Assembly: GCF_000025945.1 (NCBI RefSeq)
Contig: NC_006138.1
Span: 2,160,001 to 2,192,000 of the forward strand
Direction of reading: 5' to 3'
Length of the DNA stretch: 32,000 bases
Source of the DNA: Desulfotalea psychrophila LSv54
GTDB taxonomy: Bacteria > Desulfobacterota > Desulfobulbia > Desulfobulbales > Desulfocapsaceae
The position numbers and the translations under genes are program-made. Positions 1-9,429 of the stretch are shown here, in pieces. The number at the start of each line of letters is the position of its first letter. The stretch's first letter is position 1. The notes beneath the pieces were generated by a model. The model was given only the letters and a program-made list of their open reading frames with translations, was not told where the DNA came from and searched no databases.

Positions 1-318
1 ACGGAGAAAGAACAGCAGTGAAGCGGAGCGGAATGGCGGGTACGAGATGTTAGATGGCTAGCAGTGAAACGGCGGATGCCAGAAAAAGCAGAGCTACTGA
101 CCTTCCACTCGTCAGCCAGGTCTCCCTACAGCTCTTAATTTATTTTGCAAACAGGTTCACAGGTTTTATGGGCTGTGTGGCAAGCAGCATTTTCTTAGAA
201 AAGCACAGCCTAACCTCTCCCTCGCCAACAGCAGGTAAAAGATACGAGATAGCGAGATGCTAGATACGAGAAAGTGCATAAAAGCCTAACGAAAAGAACC
301 ATTTGGAGTTGCCGTAGG

Positions 319-394
319 ATGGGCAACAGTGACGCGGATCGGAATGGTGGCAGTGAAGCGGAGCGAAATGGCGAAGCGGGAGCGTTGCCCATCA
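319..394. repeat. Repeat element copy A: GATGGGCAAC ... GTTGCCCATC inverted arms enclosing cagtgaagcggagcggaatggcg-like units
   Basis: 10-nt inverted arms gatgggcaac/gttgcccatc; same arrangement recurs at 1070-1157 with the same outer flanks (cgtag... / ...acagc(t/c)tgccctt). Confidence 0.65.
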
Positions 395-512
395 CAGCTT
401 GCCCTTCACAAAATATTTTCCTTTGACGTTTCAATACCCCGAACAAAATCGAGACGGTTTTTGTTGCCAATCGGGTTTTGAAATTGTCTCGTTCCGAACA
501 CGATGCGAAACA

Positions 513-580
513 GGAGTTTACGCTTACCCGGAGTCTACGCTTACCCGGAGTCTACGCTTACCTGGAGTCTACCTTTGGTC
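513..580. repeat. Short tandem repeat, 17-nt unit GGAGTCTACGCTTACCC, about 3 full copies plus a diverged fourth
   Basis: Read directly: ggagtttacgcttaccc / ggagtctacgcttaccc / ggagtctacgcttacct / ggagtctacctttggtc. Followed by related gctttgacggagtctc repeats to about 660. Confidence 0.75.
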
Positions 581-1069
581 GCTTTGACGGAGTCTCGTTG
601 CACTTGCTTTGACGAAGTCTCCCTTTGGTCGCTTTGACGGAGTCTCCCGTTGGTCGCTTACCTTTTTACGCCGATGGTACTGCATGGGGGGGGCGAAGAG
701 TAGGTCGCCGCCGAATTATATCCAAAGCCCCAAGTTGATTAATTTCAGCTTGGTTTTTTTTTGCCCTCAGGGATGAGGGGACGCAAGCGATGCCATGGAT
801 GGCAGAGAGCTGTGATCTTAATTTTCCCTACCCGCTAATTTAATTATCTGTACAGTGCTACTCTTTTTATAGATTGTATGCCGCGGTGGTAGGGATGCCA
901 AAGAGCGGCGATGTCCTTTCCCAAACAAGCACACCTCCACCCAACCTCCCCTAAATAAGCGCACCCCCTCTCATTCTCCCCCTCGTCAAGGTGGAGAGGC
1001 GTTCTAAGCACCTGCCAGCTCTAGCACATTCTCGATTTCCTAAAAATAAAATAATTTGAGCTATCGTAG

Positions 1070-1157
1070 GATGGGCAGCAGTGAAGCGTAGCGGAATGGC
1101 GGCAGTGAAGCGTAGCGGAATGGCGGCAGTGAAACGGCGAAGCGGAGCGTGCCCATC
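1070..1157. repeat. Repeat element copy B with GATGGGCA/TGCCCATC arms and two perfect 24-nt tandem units
   Basis: cagtgaagcgtagcggaatggcgg at 1079-1102 and 1103-1126, then a diverged third unit; arms gatgggca and tgcccatc. Confidence 0.7.
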
Positions 1158-1505
1158 ACAGCCTGCCCTTTACCACATGCCCTCTTGTGCTTTTGACGCG
1201 CTCATGCCCCTGACATTTCTTCTTTTGTCCGATATCCTACCAACAGGAGATGAACATTTTTTTGGTGTATGGTTTCCTTATCCGAAGAACTCAAAAATAT
1301 CTAGAGTAGTGTCGGGATAGATCTGGATCGCTTTAAGGGTCGCGACACTTGGTAATTTCCTATGCTCAGACCTTTCATAATCGATAAACAGGGCATTATC
1401 AGAAATATCGAAGTATATCATGATTATATTCAACGACTTCATCCAACAGAAATAATAGCAATTTTATAATCGTTATAATAATAACCCTATCGAGATAGTT
1501 TACCC

Positions 1506-2114
1506 ATGAAAAAAGTCCTTATTAATTTTGCCCACCCGGCTAGAGCACGTTCAAAAATCAACAGCGCTCTTCGTGCTGCTGTTGAGGATCTTGAAGGTGT
1601 TACCTTTAATGATCTTTATGCAACTTATCCTGATTTTTTAATCGATGTAAAGAGGGAACAGCGACTCTGTGAAGAGCACGATATTCTTATTTTTCAGCAT
1701 CCATTTTATTGGTATTCAACTCCGGCAATTATGAAGGAATGGCTTGACGTGGTGTTAGAGAATGGCTGGGCCTATGGCTCACAGGGAAAAGCACTCAAGG
1801 GGAAGATATTCCTGCAGGCTATTACAGCAGGCGGTGACAACAACACCTATCAAAAGGGTGCTTATAACCAATTCACCATTCGAGAACTTATCTCACCTTA
1901 TCTTGCTATGGCAAAGCTCTGCAAAATGGAGTGGCTTCCTCCATTTGTTGTGCTTGGTATTCATAGAGGGACGCCTGATGAAAAAATTCAGGCTTATGCA
2001 GAAGAATACCGTCGTACTGTTATAGCTTTACGAGACGGCACCCTGGACATTGTGCAAGCCAGGCAAGGTCAATATATCAACAGCGACCTCAACTCGATAA
2101 CCAGGAGGCAATAA
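1506..2114 (+). CDS. NAD(P)H oxidoreductase / quinone reductase, KefF/KefG/MdaB flavodoxin-like family
   Basis: [19 protein letters not shown]...[32 protein letters not shown]...LQAITAGG is typical of the Kef ancillary flavoprotein family; directly abuts a Kef-type antiporter. Confidence 0.92.
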   Translation: MKKVLINFAHPARARSKINSALRAAVEDLEGVTFNDLYATYPDFLIDVKREQRLCEEHDILIFQHPFYWYSTPAIMKEWLDVVLENGWAYGSQGKALKGKIFLQAITAGGDNNTYQKGAYNQFTIRELISPYLAMAKLCKMEWLPPFVVLGIHRGTPDEKIQAYAEEYRRTVIALRDGTLDIVQARQGQYINSDLNSITRRQ

Positions 2115-2115
2115 A

Positions 2116-4002
2116 TTGGAACATTTCCTACTTCAGCTCTTTATTTTCCTAGCTGCAGCTTCTATTGCCGTTCCTATCGCAAAGAAACTCGGCTTAGGCT
2201 CAGTACTTGGATATCTTATAGCGGGCATCATCATCGGTCCTTTCGGCCTCTCTCTTATAGGTGACATTGAAGAGGTGATGCATTTTACTGAGTTCGGTGT
2301 AGTCATGATGCTTTTTCTGGTCGGCCTTGAACTTAAACCCTCACTACTCTGGCAGATGCGTATTCCTATATTAGGAATGGGAGGTGCACAGGTTGTACTG
2401 TCAAGTCTTGCCATCGGTGGCGTAGCGCTATTTTTTCTGCCATGGCAGCAGGCAGTAGCTATCGGTCTTATTCTTTCCCTCTCCTCTACAGCTATAGTTT
2501 TGCAAACATTACGGGAGAAGGGGCTGATGAATACCTCTCCTGGAAAATCTATCTTTTCGGTACTTTTATTTCAGGACCTGGCAGTCATCCCTATGCTTGC
2601 CGCTCTACCGCTTCTGGCAACAGTCACCATCCATGATAATAAGCACCATGCTTCAGCGCTTTTTAACATTAATTTACTGCCGGGATATCTGCAAATTTCG
2701 GCTACGCTACTTGCAATTCTATCTATTTTCTTTCTTGGTAAATTTGCCAGCAGGCCAATATTCAGGACCATTGCAGCTACGCGAGTTCGAGAAGTTTTTG
2801 TTGCCGCCGCTCTCGCCCTTGTTGTTGGCATCTCCTTACTTATGACAGTAGTTGGCCTCTCTCCAGCCCTTGGAACCTTCCTCGCCGGTGTTGTCCTGGC
2901 AGACAGCGAATACCGACATGAACTTGAAAGTGATTTAGAGCCATTTAAAGGACTATTGCTTGGAATATTTTTTATATCAATAGGTTCCAGTCTTAATTTC
3001 ACCCTGATCGGGGAAAATATTCTTTTGATCGCCCTGCTTACAATCGGACTGATCAGTTTGAAATGGTTTGTGCTTGTTGGCACCGGTTTCATCTTCAAAA
3101 TGGCCAAAAAGGAACGTTCATTCTTTGGTATTGCCTTAGCCCAGGGCGGTGAATTTGCCTTTGTTCTATTTCAATTTACCAAAATCAACGGTGTATTGCC
3201 CACTCAGACCATAGATCCCCTTATTTCTGCCGTTGCAATTTCAATGTTTCTTGCCCCCTTGCTTCTTCTCGCCCACGATAAATTTGTGTCAAGTAATCAG
3301 AGAGAAGAGGCCCAGCGTGACACAGATACGATTGACCATAGTGGTCAGAAGGTTATTCTGGCCGGTTTTGGTCGTCTTGGCACTGATCTTGGTCGTTTTC
3401 TTATTTCTGCTGGTGTTAAACCTGTCATTCTTGATCATGATGCGGCTAATGTGGATGTTCTTAGAAAGTTTGGTTTTGAGGTGTATTATGGAGACATTAC
3501 CCGTTTGGATCTGCTTGAAGCAGCGGGAGCCGCTGAAGCGGAACTCTTGATAATCACCATAGGTGATATAAACAAATCTAGAAATTTGATCGAGTTGGTA
3601 GCAAAACACTACCCACATCTTAAAATAGCAGTCAATGCTTCAGATCGGTCCTCAGCTTACGAACTCATGGATCTCGGAATTACTCAAATAAGAAGGGAAA
3701 CATTTGGCAGTGCTCTGGCTCTTGGTCAAGATTCCTTGGAAATGCTTGGCTTTGACCCCTATGATACACATAAACTAATGCGTATTTTTAAGAAGAATGA
3801 TGAGGTGACAATGCCTGAATTATATAAAACACATCGTGAAGATCAGAACCAATATATATCTATGTATCAGAAACAGAATGAAGATCTTGAAGAGTTAATG
3901 ACACTTGATCTGGACAACGACATGGAGGGATTCGACAAGGCCTGGACTAGCGGAAATCCGCAAGAGTATATTCCTTCCGCAGAGCAGAAAAAACAGCTAT
4001 AG
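2116..4002 (+). CDS. Kef-type monovalent cation:proton antiporter-2 (CPA2) with C-terminal TrkA-N/RCK domain
   Basis: N-terminal Na/H exchanger-like membrane region ([46 protein letters not shown]) and Rossmann TrkA-N ([17 protein letters not shown]...ILDHD). TTG start 1 nt after the upstream stop, with AGGAGG in the upstream gene end. Confidence 0.95.
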   Translation: MEHFLLQLFIFLAAASIAVPIAKKLGLGSVLGYLIAGIIIGPFGLSLIGDIEEVMHFTEFGVVMMLFLVGLELKPSLLWQMRIPILGMGGAQVVLSSLAIGGVALFFLPWQQAVAIGLILSLSSTAIVLQTLREKGLMNTSPGKSIFSVLLFQDLAVIPMLAALPLLATVTIHDNKHHASALFNINLLPGYLQISATLLAILSIFFLGKFASRPIFRTIAATRVREVFVAAALALVVGISLLMTVVGLSPALGTFLAGVVLADSEYRHELESDLEPFKGLLLGIFFISIGSSLNFTLIGENILLIALLTIGLISLKWFVLVGTGFIFKMAKKERSFFGIALAQGGEFAFVLFQFTKINGVLPTQTIDPLISAVAISMFLAPLLLLAHDKFVSSNQREEAQRDTDTIDHSGQKVILAGFGRLGTDLGRFLISAGVKPVILDHDAANVDVLRKFGFEVYYGDITRLDLLEAAGAAEAELLIITIGDINKSRNLIELVAKHYPHLKIAVNASDRSSAYELMDLGITQIRRETFGSALALGQDSLEMLGFDPYDTHKLMRIFKKNDEVTMPELYKTHREDQNQYISMYQKQNEDLEELMTLDLDNDMEGFDKAWTSGNPQEYIPSAEQKKQL

Positions 4003-4340
4003 GCTATTAGCTGTCAGGAACAGCAACTACATTTACCACAGAGATACGGAGAACACAGAGAAAGAGTGAGGGAATGACGGCTACGAGAAAGAGCAAGGAC
4101 AGCTATATATTAACTGTAGTAGAACTTGCCATTTCGCTAAGGCTTCACTGCTAGAGCTGTCTTTTCTCCTTCTGACCATTTTTTGCAGTAGCCTTGTTTT
4201 CTGAATTTTATCCCGTATGCTTAATGATATAAATTATATTCAGTTTCTGGAGAATAATTTATTAGGCAACTTCTTGAGAAGTGAAGTGAGGGTAGCATCC
4301 CTTTTTCTAAATCAAATTTTTCTTATGGAGAGACTTAAGC

Positions 4341-5084
4341 ATGAGCGAATATGTCATCGGAGGATGGACTCAAAATTTGACAGTAGAACCACCGGTAACC
4401 TTTTCTTATAGTATATATGGAATGATCACCAACTTTATTGCCTTGACGTCAGGCACGCCGGATTACCCTGGCTGGAGTGTTGCTGCGACGCCTGCTCCCA
4501 AGGTGTCTGGCAAAGTGCTTTGGGCATATGGTGGGCTGGGCGGCACGCCGACGGGAACTCCCTTTAATCAAACTGATATTGAGGCGATTATTTCTGCCAC
4601 AACATCTCAGGATTGGGCGGGAGTTGATGTTGATAACGAAAGCGAAATGAACATCGATAATGTAATTAATATGATGTCCAGTTTGAAAAAGAGCGACAGA
4701 GAGACCAGTTACACCTTTATTGCCGGTTGGGACTACAACCATCCTGAGTCTGAGCCGGGGGCAACGATAAATAGGGAGGTTAAGGCAATAGCGGATTCAG
4801 GTGCCTGTGATCGTTTCTGCCTCATGTGTTATGGCGATGCTATGTGGCCTTTGAGTGATATTACGGCAAACGTCGGTCCTGCAATTGACCGAACCATTGC
4901 CCATGCCGGAGACCCGAAAAAGGTGATTCTCGCCTTGACTCCTGCTGGCCTAAATTCCGAGAACCTTGCCTATTTTCTTGATCAGGTAACGAGTAAGGGT
5001 ATTGGAGGACTTTTTATCTGGGAATTCTCAACACTTCAGGCAGCTGACCTGCAAACCATTCAGGATGCACTGGCTATTTCCTGA
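4341..5084 (+). CDS. Glycoside hydrolase family 18-like (chitinase-type TIM barrel) protein
   Basis: VSGKVLWAYGGLGG, then WAGVDVDNES resembling the GH18 DxxDxDxE motif, FCLMCYGDAMWP, KKVILALTP, GIGGLFIWEFS. Confidence 0.65.
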   Translation: MSEYVIGGWTQNLTVEPPVTFSYSIYGMITNFIALTSGTPDYPGWSVAATPAPKVSGKVLWAYGGLGGTPTGTPFNQTDIEAIISATTSQDWAGVDVDNESEMNIDNVINMMSSLKKSDRETSYTFIAGWDYNHPESEPGATINREVKAIADSGACDRFCLMCYGDAMWPLSDITANVGPAIDRTIAHAGDPKKVILALTPAGLNSENLAYFLDQVTSKGIGGLFIWEFSTLQAADLQTIQDALAIS

Positions 5085-5114
5085 TCTTCTTCCTCTAACA
5101 ATTCCGCCTTCTCT

Positions 5115-5157
5115 CCCTGCCTGAACCACCAGGGAGGGTTTCTTACCTCAGGCAGGG
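5115..5157. repeat. Inverted repeat CCCTGCCTGA ... TCAGGCAGGG between convergent genes
   Basis: Perfect 10-bp arms at 5115-5124 and 5148-5157 between the + GH18-like gene and the - dehydrogenase; no clear T-tract. Confidence 0.6.
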
Positions 5158-5171
5158 TCTATACCACATTC

Positions 5172-6686
5172 CTATCCCATGTTCATAGTACCGTCCCAGG
5201 TATCTACCTTGGCCGTTGTCTTGGCCTTGGAGAACCAGGTACTTGTCACCGTTTTCTGTTCTGTATAAAAGCGGAAACCATCCTGGCCCATGGTGTGAAG
5301 ATCACCATAGAATGATTTCTTCTGACCGGTGAAGCCAAAAATACCCACAGGCACAGGAATACCCACATTGATTCCCACCATACCGCCATCGGTCTGGGCC
5401 ACAAAGTTTCTGGCATGAAAGCCACTCTCGGTATAAATTACCGAACCATTGGCATATGGATTGGCATTCATAAGGGCAATGCCCTCAGCAAAATCTTTTA
5501 CCCGTTTTACTGAAAGAACGGGGCCAAAAATTTCTTCGCTGCCAATACTCATTTCAGGGGTCACATTGTCAAAGATGGTAGGCCCTATAAAATAGCCATT
5601 TTCGCATCCTGCAGCCACTACAGGTCTGCGACCATCAAGGACAAGATCAGCACCCTCTGTAATTCCCCTTGCAATCCAGTCAAGAATACTTTTTTTATGA
5701 CCTGCATTGACTATTGGGCCCATCCCTGTTTCAGGAAGCCATGCCTTACCCATGGTCAGTTTTTTGGCGTGGTAGGTAATACGCTCAACCAGCTTATCGG
5801 CAATGCTTTCTTGAACAACGATGACAGGAAGAGCCATACAACGGGCACCTGCGCAGCCGCAGAAGGCATTGATGATTCCCTGGGCAGTACGCTCAAGGTT
5901 ACAATCCTCAAGAACAAGAGCATGGTTTTTGGCGGCACAGAGGGCCTGAACGCGTTTACCGTTAGCAGTCGCTGTTTCATAGATATGCCGGCCCACAGTT
6001 GTCGAACCCACAAAAGAGACGCCCTTAATCTCTGGATGACGTAGTAAAATTTCAGCCTCGGTTCGGTTGGCTGTAACCAGATTGAGCACCCCAGGTGGAA
6101 GCCCTGCCTCCTGCCAAAGTTCCATAAGCCGCATAGCGGTACGGGGCACATAACTTGCGGCCTTTAAAACCATGGTGTTGCCTGTGACCATACAGATAGG
6201 TGCCATCCAACCATGGGGAATCATGGCAGGGAAATTCCACGGAACAATACCTGCAAAGACACCCAGAGGACGCATCTGTTGAACAGTATCATAACCATTA
6301 CTCACATTAAAAAGAGAAGGCCCCTTCATAAGATGAGGCGCACCACAGGCAAATTCTATTACCTCATTTACCTTCAGGACATCGCCCATACTCTCTGCTC
6401 TGTTTTTGCCCTGCTCCCGACACAAGATATCGGTAAGCTCTTCGAGGTGTTGATCAACCAGCATCTTCATCCGAAAGAAAATCTGCACCCTCTTTCCCAC
6501 AGGTGTTGCAGCCCATCCAGGATAGGCGGCAGCCGCTGAAGCAATGGCCTCTTCCACCTCTTCTGCCGTACAATGAGCAACCTGGGCCGTCACCTCACCT
6601 GTTGAAGGATTATAAAGATCGGCATAGGAAGTTGTTTTAGATCTGCGCCACTGATTATCCACCCAGTACTGTAATTTTTCTGCCAT
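5172..6686 (-). CDS. mmsA: Methylmalonate-semialdehyde dehydrogenase (CoA-acylating), aldehyde dehydrogenase superfamily
   Basis: PLGVFAGIVPWNFPAMIPHGWMAPICMVTGNTMVLKAA, GVSFVGSTTVGRHIYETATANGKRVQALCAAKNHALVLEDC, catalytic Cys in AGARCMAL, EEIFGPVLSV. Confidence 0.93.
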   Translation of the reverse strand: MAEKLQYWVDNQWRRSKTTSYADLYNPSTGEVTAQVAHCTAEEVEEAIASAAAAYPGWAATPVGKRVQIFFRMKMLVDQHLEELTDILCREQGKNRAESMGDVLKVNEVIEFACGAPHLMKGPSLFNVSNGYDTVQQMRPLGVFAGIVPWNFPAMIPHGWMAPICMVTGNTMVLKAASYVPRTAMRLMELWQEAGLPPGVLNLVTANRTEAEILLRHPEIKGVSFVGSTTVGRHIYETATANGKRVQALCAAKNHALVLEDCNLERTAQGIINAFCGCAGARCMALPVIVVQESIADKLVERITYHAKKLTMGKAWLPETGMGPIVNAGHKKSILDWIARGITEGADLVLDGRRPVVAAGCENGYFIGPTIFDNVTPEMSIGSEEIFGPVLSVKRVKDFAEGIALMNANPYANGSVIYTESGFHARNFVAQTDGGMVGINVGIPVPVGIFGFTGQKKSFYGDLHTMGQDGFRFYTEQKTVTSTWFSKAKTTAKVDTWDGTMNMG

Positions 6687-6790
6687 GGTCTCTCTCTCCT
6701 ATAGGTATGATTTAAAAGTTTTCGAATAAATTTTCCGAGAAACATTCATAATAGCCTTATTGTTCTGTCAGGATCAGACAGGTTGGCCTC

Positions 6791-7606
6791 TTACTCCTTT
6801 TGCAGTGCTGAAGCCAAATAAGAGAAGACGGAAGGATCTTCCCCATTATCATTGATGGGTACAAGAGCTGCCTTTCTGCTCAAGCGCAGAAGGCCTGCCC
6901 CAACATCTTCAACATCTTCAAGCATTGCTATAGCCGCTCCAGCAGGATCACCTGCCTTCATGGCCCTATAAATTTTTTTATGGGCCATAATGACATTGCC
7001 GGCAAATTCGCGATCAACATTTATAATGGCCTTAATTTGAGAGAGCAGATCTTCCACAAAGCTGAGAGTAAAGGCGATGAGGGGGTTACCGGATGCCTTG
7101 CCTATCTCTTTATGAAAGAGAACCGCGTAATCATCTACCTCATTAAAATCACCTTTCTTAAAGGCCTTTTCACTGGCCATATTAAGCCCTTTAAGGCGGG
7201 CAAGAAGTTCTGCTGTTATATTCTCTGCTGCGGCCCTTGCCGCAAGAGGTTCCAGGGCAATACGCATTTCAGAGAGATGTTCCGGCGAGAGTTGCTGGAA
7301 GCAAAAGAAGTTAAAGAGGAGGTCATGGGCCATCTTTTCAGAAACCCGACAAATATAAACACCGCCTCCTGGCCCCTTCTTCCTTGTGACCAGACCCATA
7401 TATTCCAGAGCATTAATGGTTTCCCGCAGGGTTTGTTTGCTTACTTCAAAAAGCTCGGAAAGATCTTTTTCAGAGCCAAGAAAAGTTCCCGGTTGAAGAT
7501 CACCCTTTAAGATACCCCTGCGAATTTGCCGGATGATTTTATCCGTTGATTTTTCACTTTTTACTGAAGAAAGGCCATCAATCCCTGAACTCATCATTAT
7601 CACCAT
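6791..7606 (-). CDS. GntR-family transcriptional regulator with FCD ligand-binding domain (FadR subfamily)
   Basis: Winged HTH: IRRGILKGDLQPGTFLGSEKDLSELFEVSKQTLRETINALEYMGLVTRKKGPGGGVYI; FCD-like C-terminus. Sits upstream of mmsA on the same strand. Confidence 0.88.
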   Translation of the reverse strand: MVIMMSSGIDGLSSVKSEKSTDKIIRQIRRGILKGDLQPGTFLGSEKDLSELFEVSKQTLRETINALEYMGLVTRKKGPGGGVYICRVSEKMAHDLLFNFFCFQQLSPEHLSEMRIALEPLAARAAAENITAELLARLKGLNMASEKAFKKGDFNEVDDYAVLFHKEIGKASGNPLIAFTLSFVEDLLSQIKAIINVDREFAGNVIMAHKKIYRAMKAGDPAGAAIAMLEDVEDVGAGLLRLSRKAALVPINDNGEDPSVFSYLASALQKE

Positions 7607-8262
7607 CCTTATAAATCTGTTCTTTTTACACCACCTTATAGGTAGATAGTATAATAAGCCTAGCAGGCATATCAGCCACTGTCAATAATTTATCATAATA
7701 TATTAATATTATGGTTTTGGGATTGGCCCAGGCAGAGAGAAAAGCAGCTGTCAGTTTTTAGCTATCAGTTGTCAGAAACTGCATTTACCACAGAGGACAC
7801 AGAGGACACGGAGAAAGGAAAGTAAAAAAAGATGCGAGAAAAAACAGATGCTAGATACGAGATGGTGAGATACTAGAAAGAGCAAGGAAAAGATATTTAC
7901 CACGGCTACAGAGGACACGGAGAAAAAACAGCAGTGAAGCGGAGCGGAATGGTGGGGGGAAGATACGAGATGCGAGATACTAGAAAGGGCCGGGGAAAGA
8001 CATTTACCACAGAGATCACGGAGAGCACAGAGCGCACAGAGGATTGAGAAAAATAAGCTGTCAGAAAAGCACCTGTAGCGACCCCATCATTTTTTAAGGG
8101 AAATTCCAACAGTGACAAGTTGTTGAGGGAATATACGTTAGGCATAATTTGATATTGGCCATTGTTTTATGTGGTTAGCTGCTGTATACCTTGATGAATA
8201 GAAGTAGTTGATATTTCAGTGAAAACACCAATCACCACTGTTAGATTTTTGAGAGGAAATTT

Positions 8263-9429
8263 ATGGAAAACTTAAAACAACTTTTGAGCTCGCAAAGTAG
8301 GCAAAATTGGCTTTTTGGGGCAGGTATAAGTTACGGTTCGAAAATACCCTTAATGTATCCTCTAACAGATCGTGTTGAGAAAATTGTTGAAGATATCGCA
8401 GGTGACGAGGAAAAAGCAATATTGGCATCATTAAAAGCAGATCTCAACGATGACTGCCATGTAGAGCATTATCTGAGTCATTTGGGAGACCTGCTGGCTA
8501 TTGCCGAACGCTCCAAGGATAAGATTGCACATATTGGTGGAAATTGCTATTCGGTAGAACATCTCAATAAACTGTATTTAGAAATTATCAAAGCCATTGG
8601 TGGAATCGTCAGATATGGGTATGTTGCCGCAAATGCTGAGCGTGGTCTAGAGGAAGAAATTGGTACAGCTGAAGGACCTATTGTCGAAATAAAACCACAT
8701 TATGAATTTGTTGAAGCACTATTGCTGAGCCAGTCTAACCTTGAGCGCCGTTCAAAAACAACATTCTTTACCACTAATTATGATACATTGCTCGAAGATG
8801 CTTTAGCTCTACATAAAAAGGCTGTATGTGATGGTTTTTCAGGTGGAGCGGTAGGTTTTTGGAATGCGGAAAAAGAGTTTTCTGATATCTCAATAGATTC
8901 TAACACCTACCAATTATATAAATTGCATGGATCAATAGATTGGCATCGAGATGAGAGTTTCGGTCTAGTACGTGCACGGTATGGGACAAAGTATTTGTCA
9001 AATCTTGCAAATATTATGATTTATCCTCAAGCGACAAAGTATGTAGAAACTCAAAAAGACCCCTTTGCCAATCTATTCATGGGATTAAGAAAGACCCTGA
9101 TGAACAAGCAGCAAAATACACTACTTACTTGTGGTTACAGTTTCGGCGATGACCACATCAATGCCGAAATAGAAAGCGCATTGAAAAGTGAAGGGAACCA
9201 GACGACTGTTATCGCTTTTATTCAAGAGGCACCTAAGGATGGCATCGTAATCAATAAGACATTAGATGGTTGGTTGAACTGTCCTAAAATAGGTAAAAAG
9301 GTTTATGTAGCTGGTGAATCCGGTATTTATCATGCTTCGACAACGCCGTCAGCTGAAACTGATACATCCAAATATAATTGGTGGCGTTTTGATGTTCTGA
9401 CTCAGTTTATTAAGACAGGGGAAGTATAA
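8263..9429 (+). CDS. SIR2-like domain protein (NAD-hydrolysing effector type) of a SIR2-HerA defence module
   Basis: Motifs NWLFGAGISYGSKIP, FFTTNYDTLLEDAL, YKLHGSIDW, LLTCGYSFGDDHIN. Stop overlaps the start of the HerA gene (TAATG). Confidence 0.9.
   Translation: MENLKQLLSSQSRQNWLFGAGISYGSKIPLMYPLTDRVEKIVEDIAGDEEKAILASLKADLNDDCHVEHYLSHLGDLLAIAERSKDKIAHIGGNCYSVEHLNKLYLEIIKAIGGIVRYGYVAANAERGLEEEIGTAEGPIVEIKPHYEFVEALLLSQSNLERRSKTTFFTTNYDTLLEDALALHKKAVCDGFSGGAVGFWNAEKEFSDISIDSNTYQLYKLHGSIDWHRDESFGLVRARYGTKYLSNLANIMIYPQATKYVETQKDPFANLFMGLRKTLMNKQQNTLLTCGYSFGDDHINAEIESALKSEGNQTTVIAFIQEAPKDGIVINKTLDGWLNCPKIGKKVYVAGESGIYHASTTPSAETDTSKYNWWRFDVLTQFIKTGEV

Noticed and set aside
513-1157. Possible CRISPR array in the tandem repeat zones
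   Set aside because: Repeats are directly adjacent without unique spacers of uniform length, and no cas genes are present.
54-1320. Short ORFs in the first 1.3 kb (54..263, 210..470, 399..587, 1081..1320)
   Set aside because: Translations are repeat-derived low-complexity sequence (MKRSGMAAVKRSGMAAVKRR) with no family resemblance; better explained by the repeats.
2133-3618. Antisense/alternate-frame ORFs overlapping the Kef antiporter (2133..2414 -, 2571..3107 -, 3289..3618 -, 3233..3550 +)
   Set aside because: Shadow ORFs over a strongly supported membrane protein gene.
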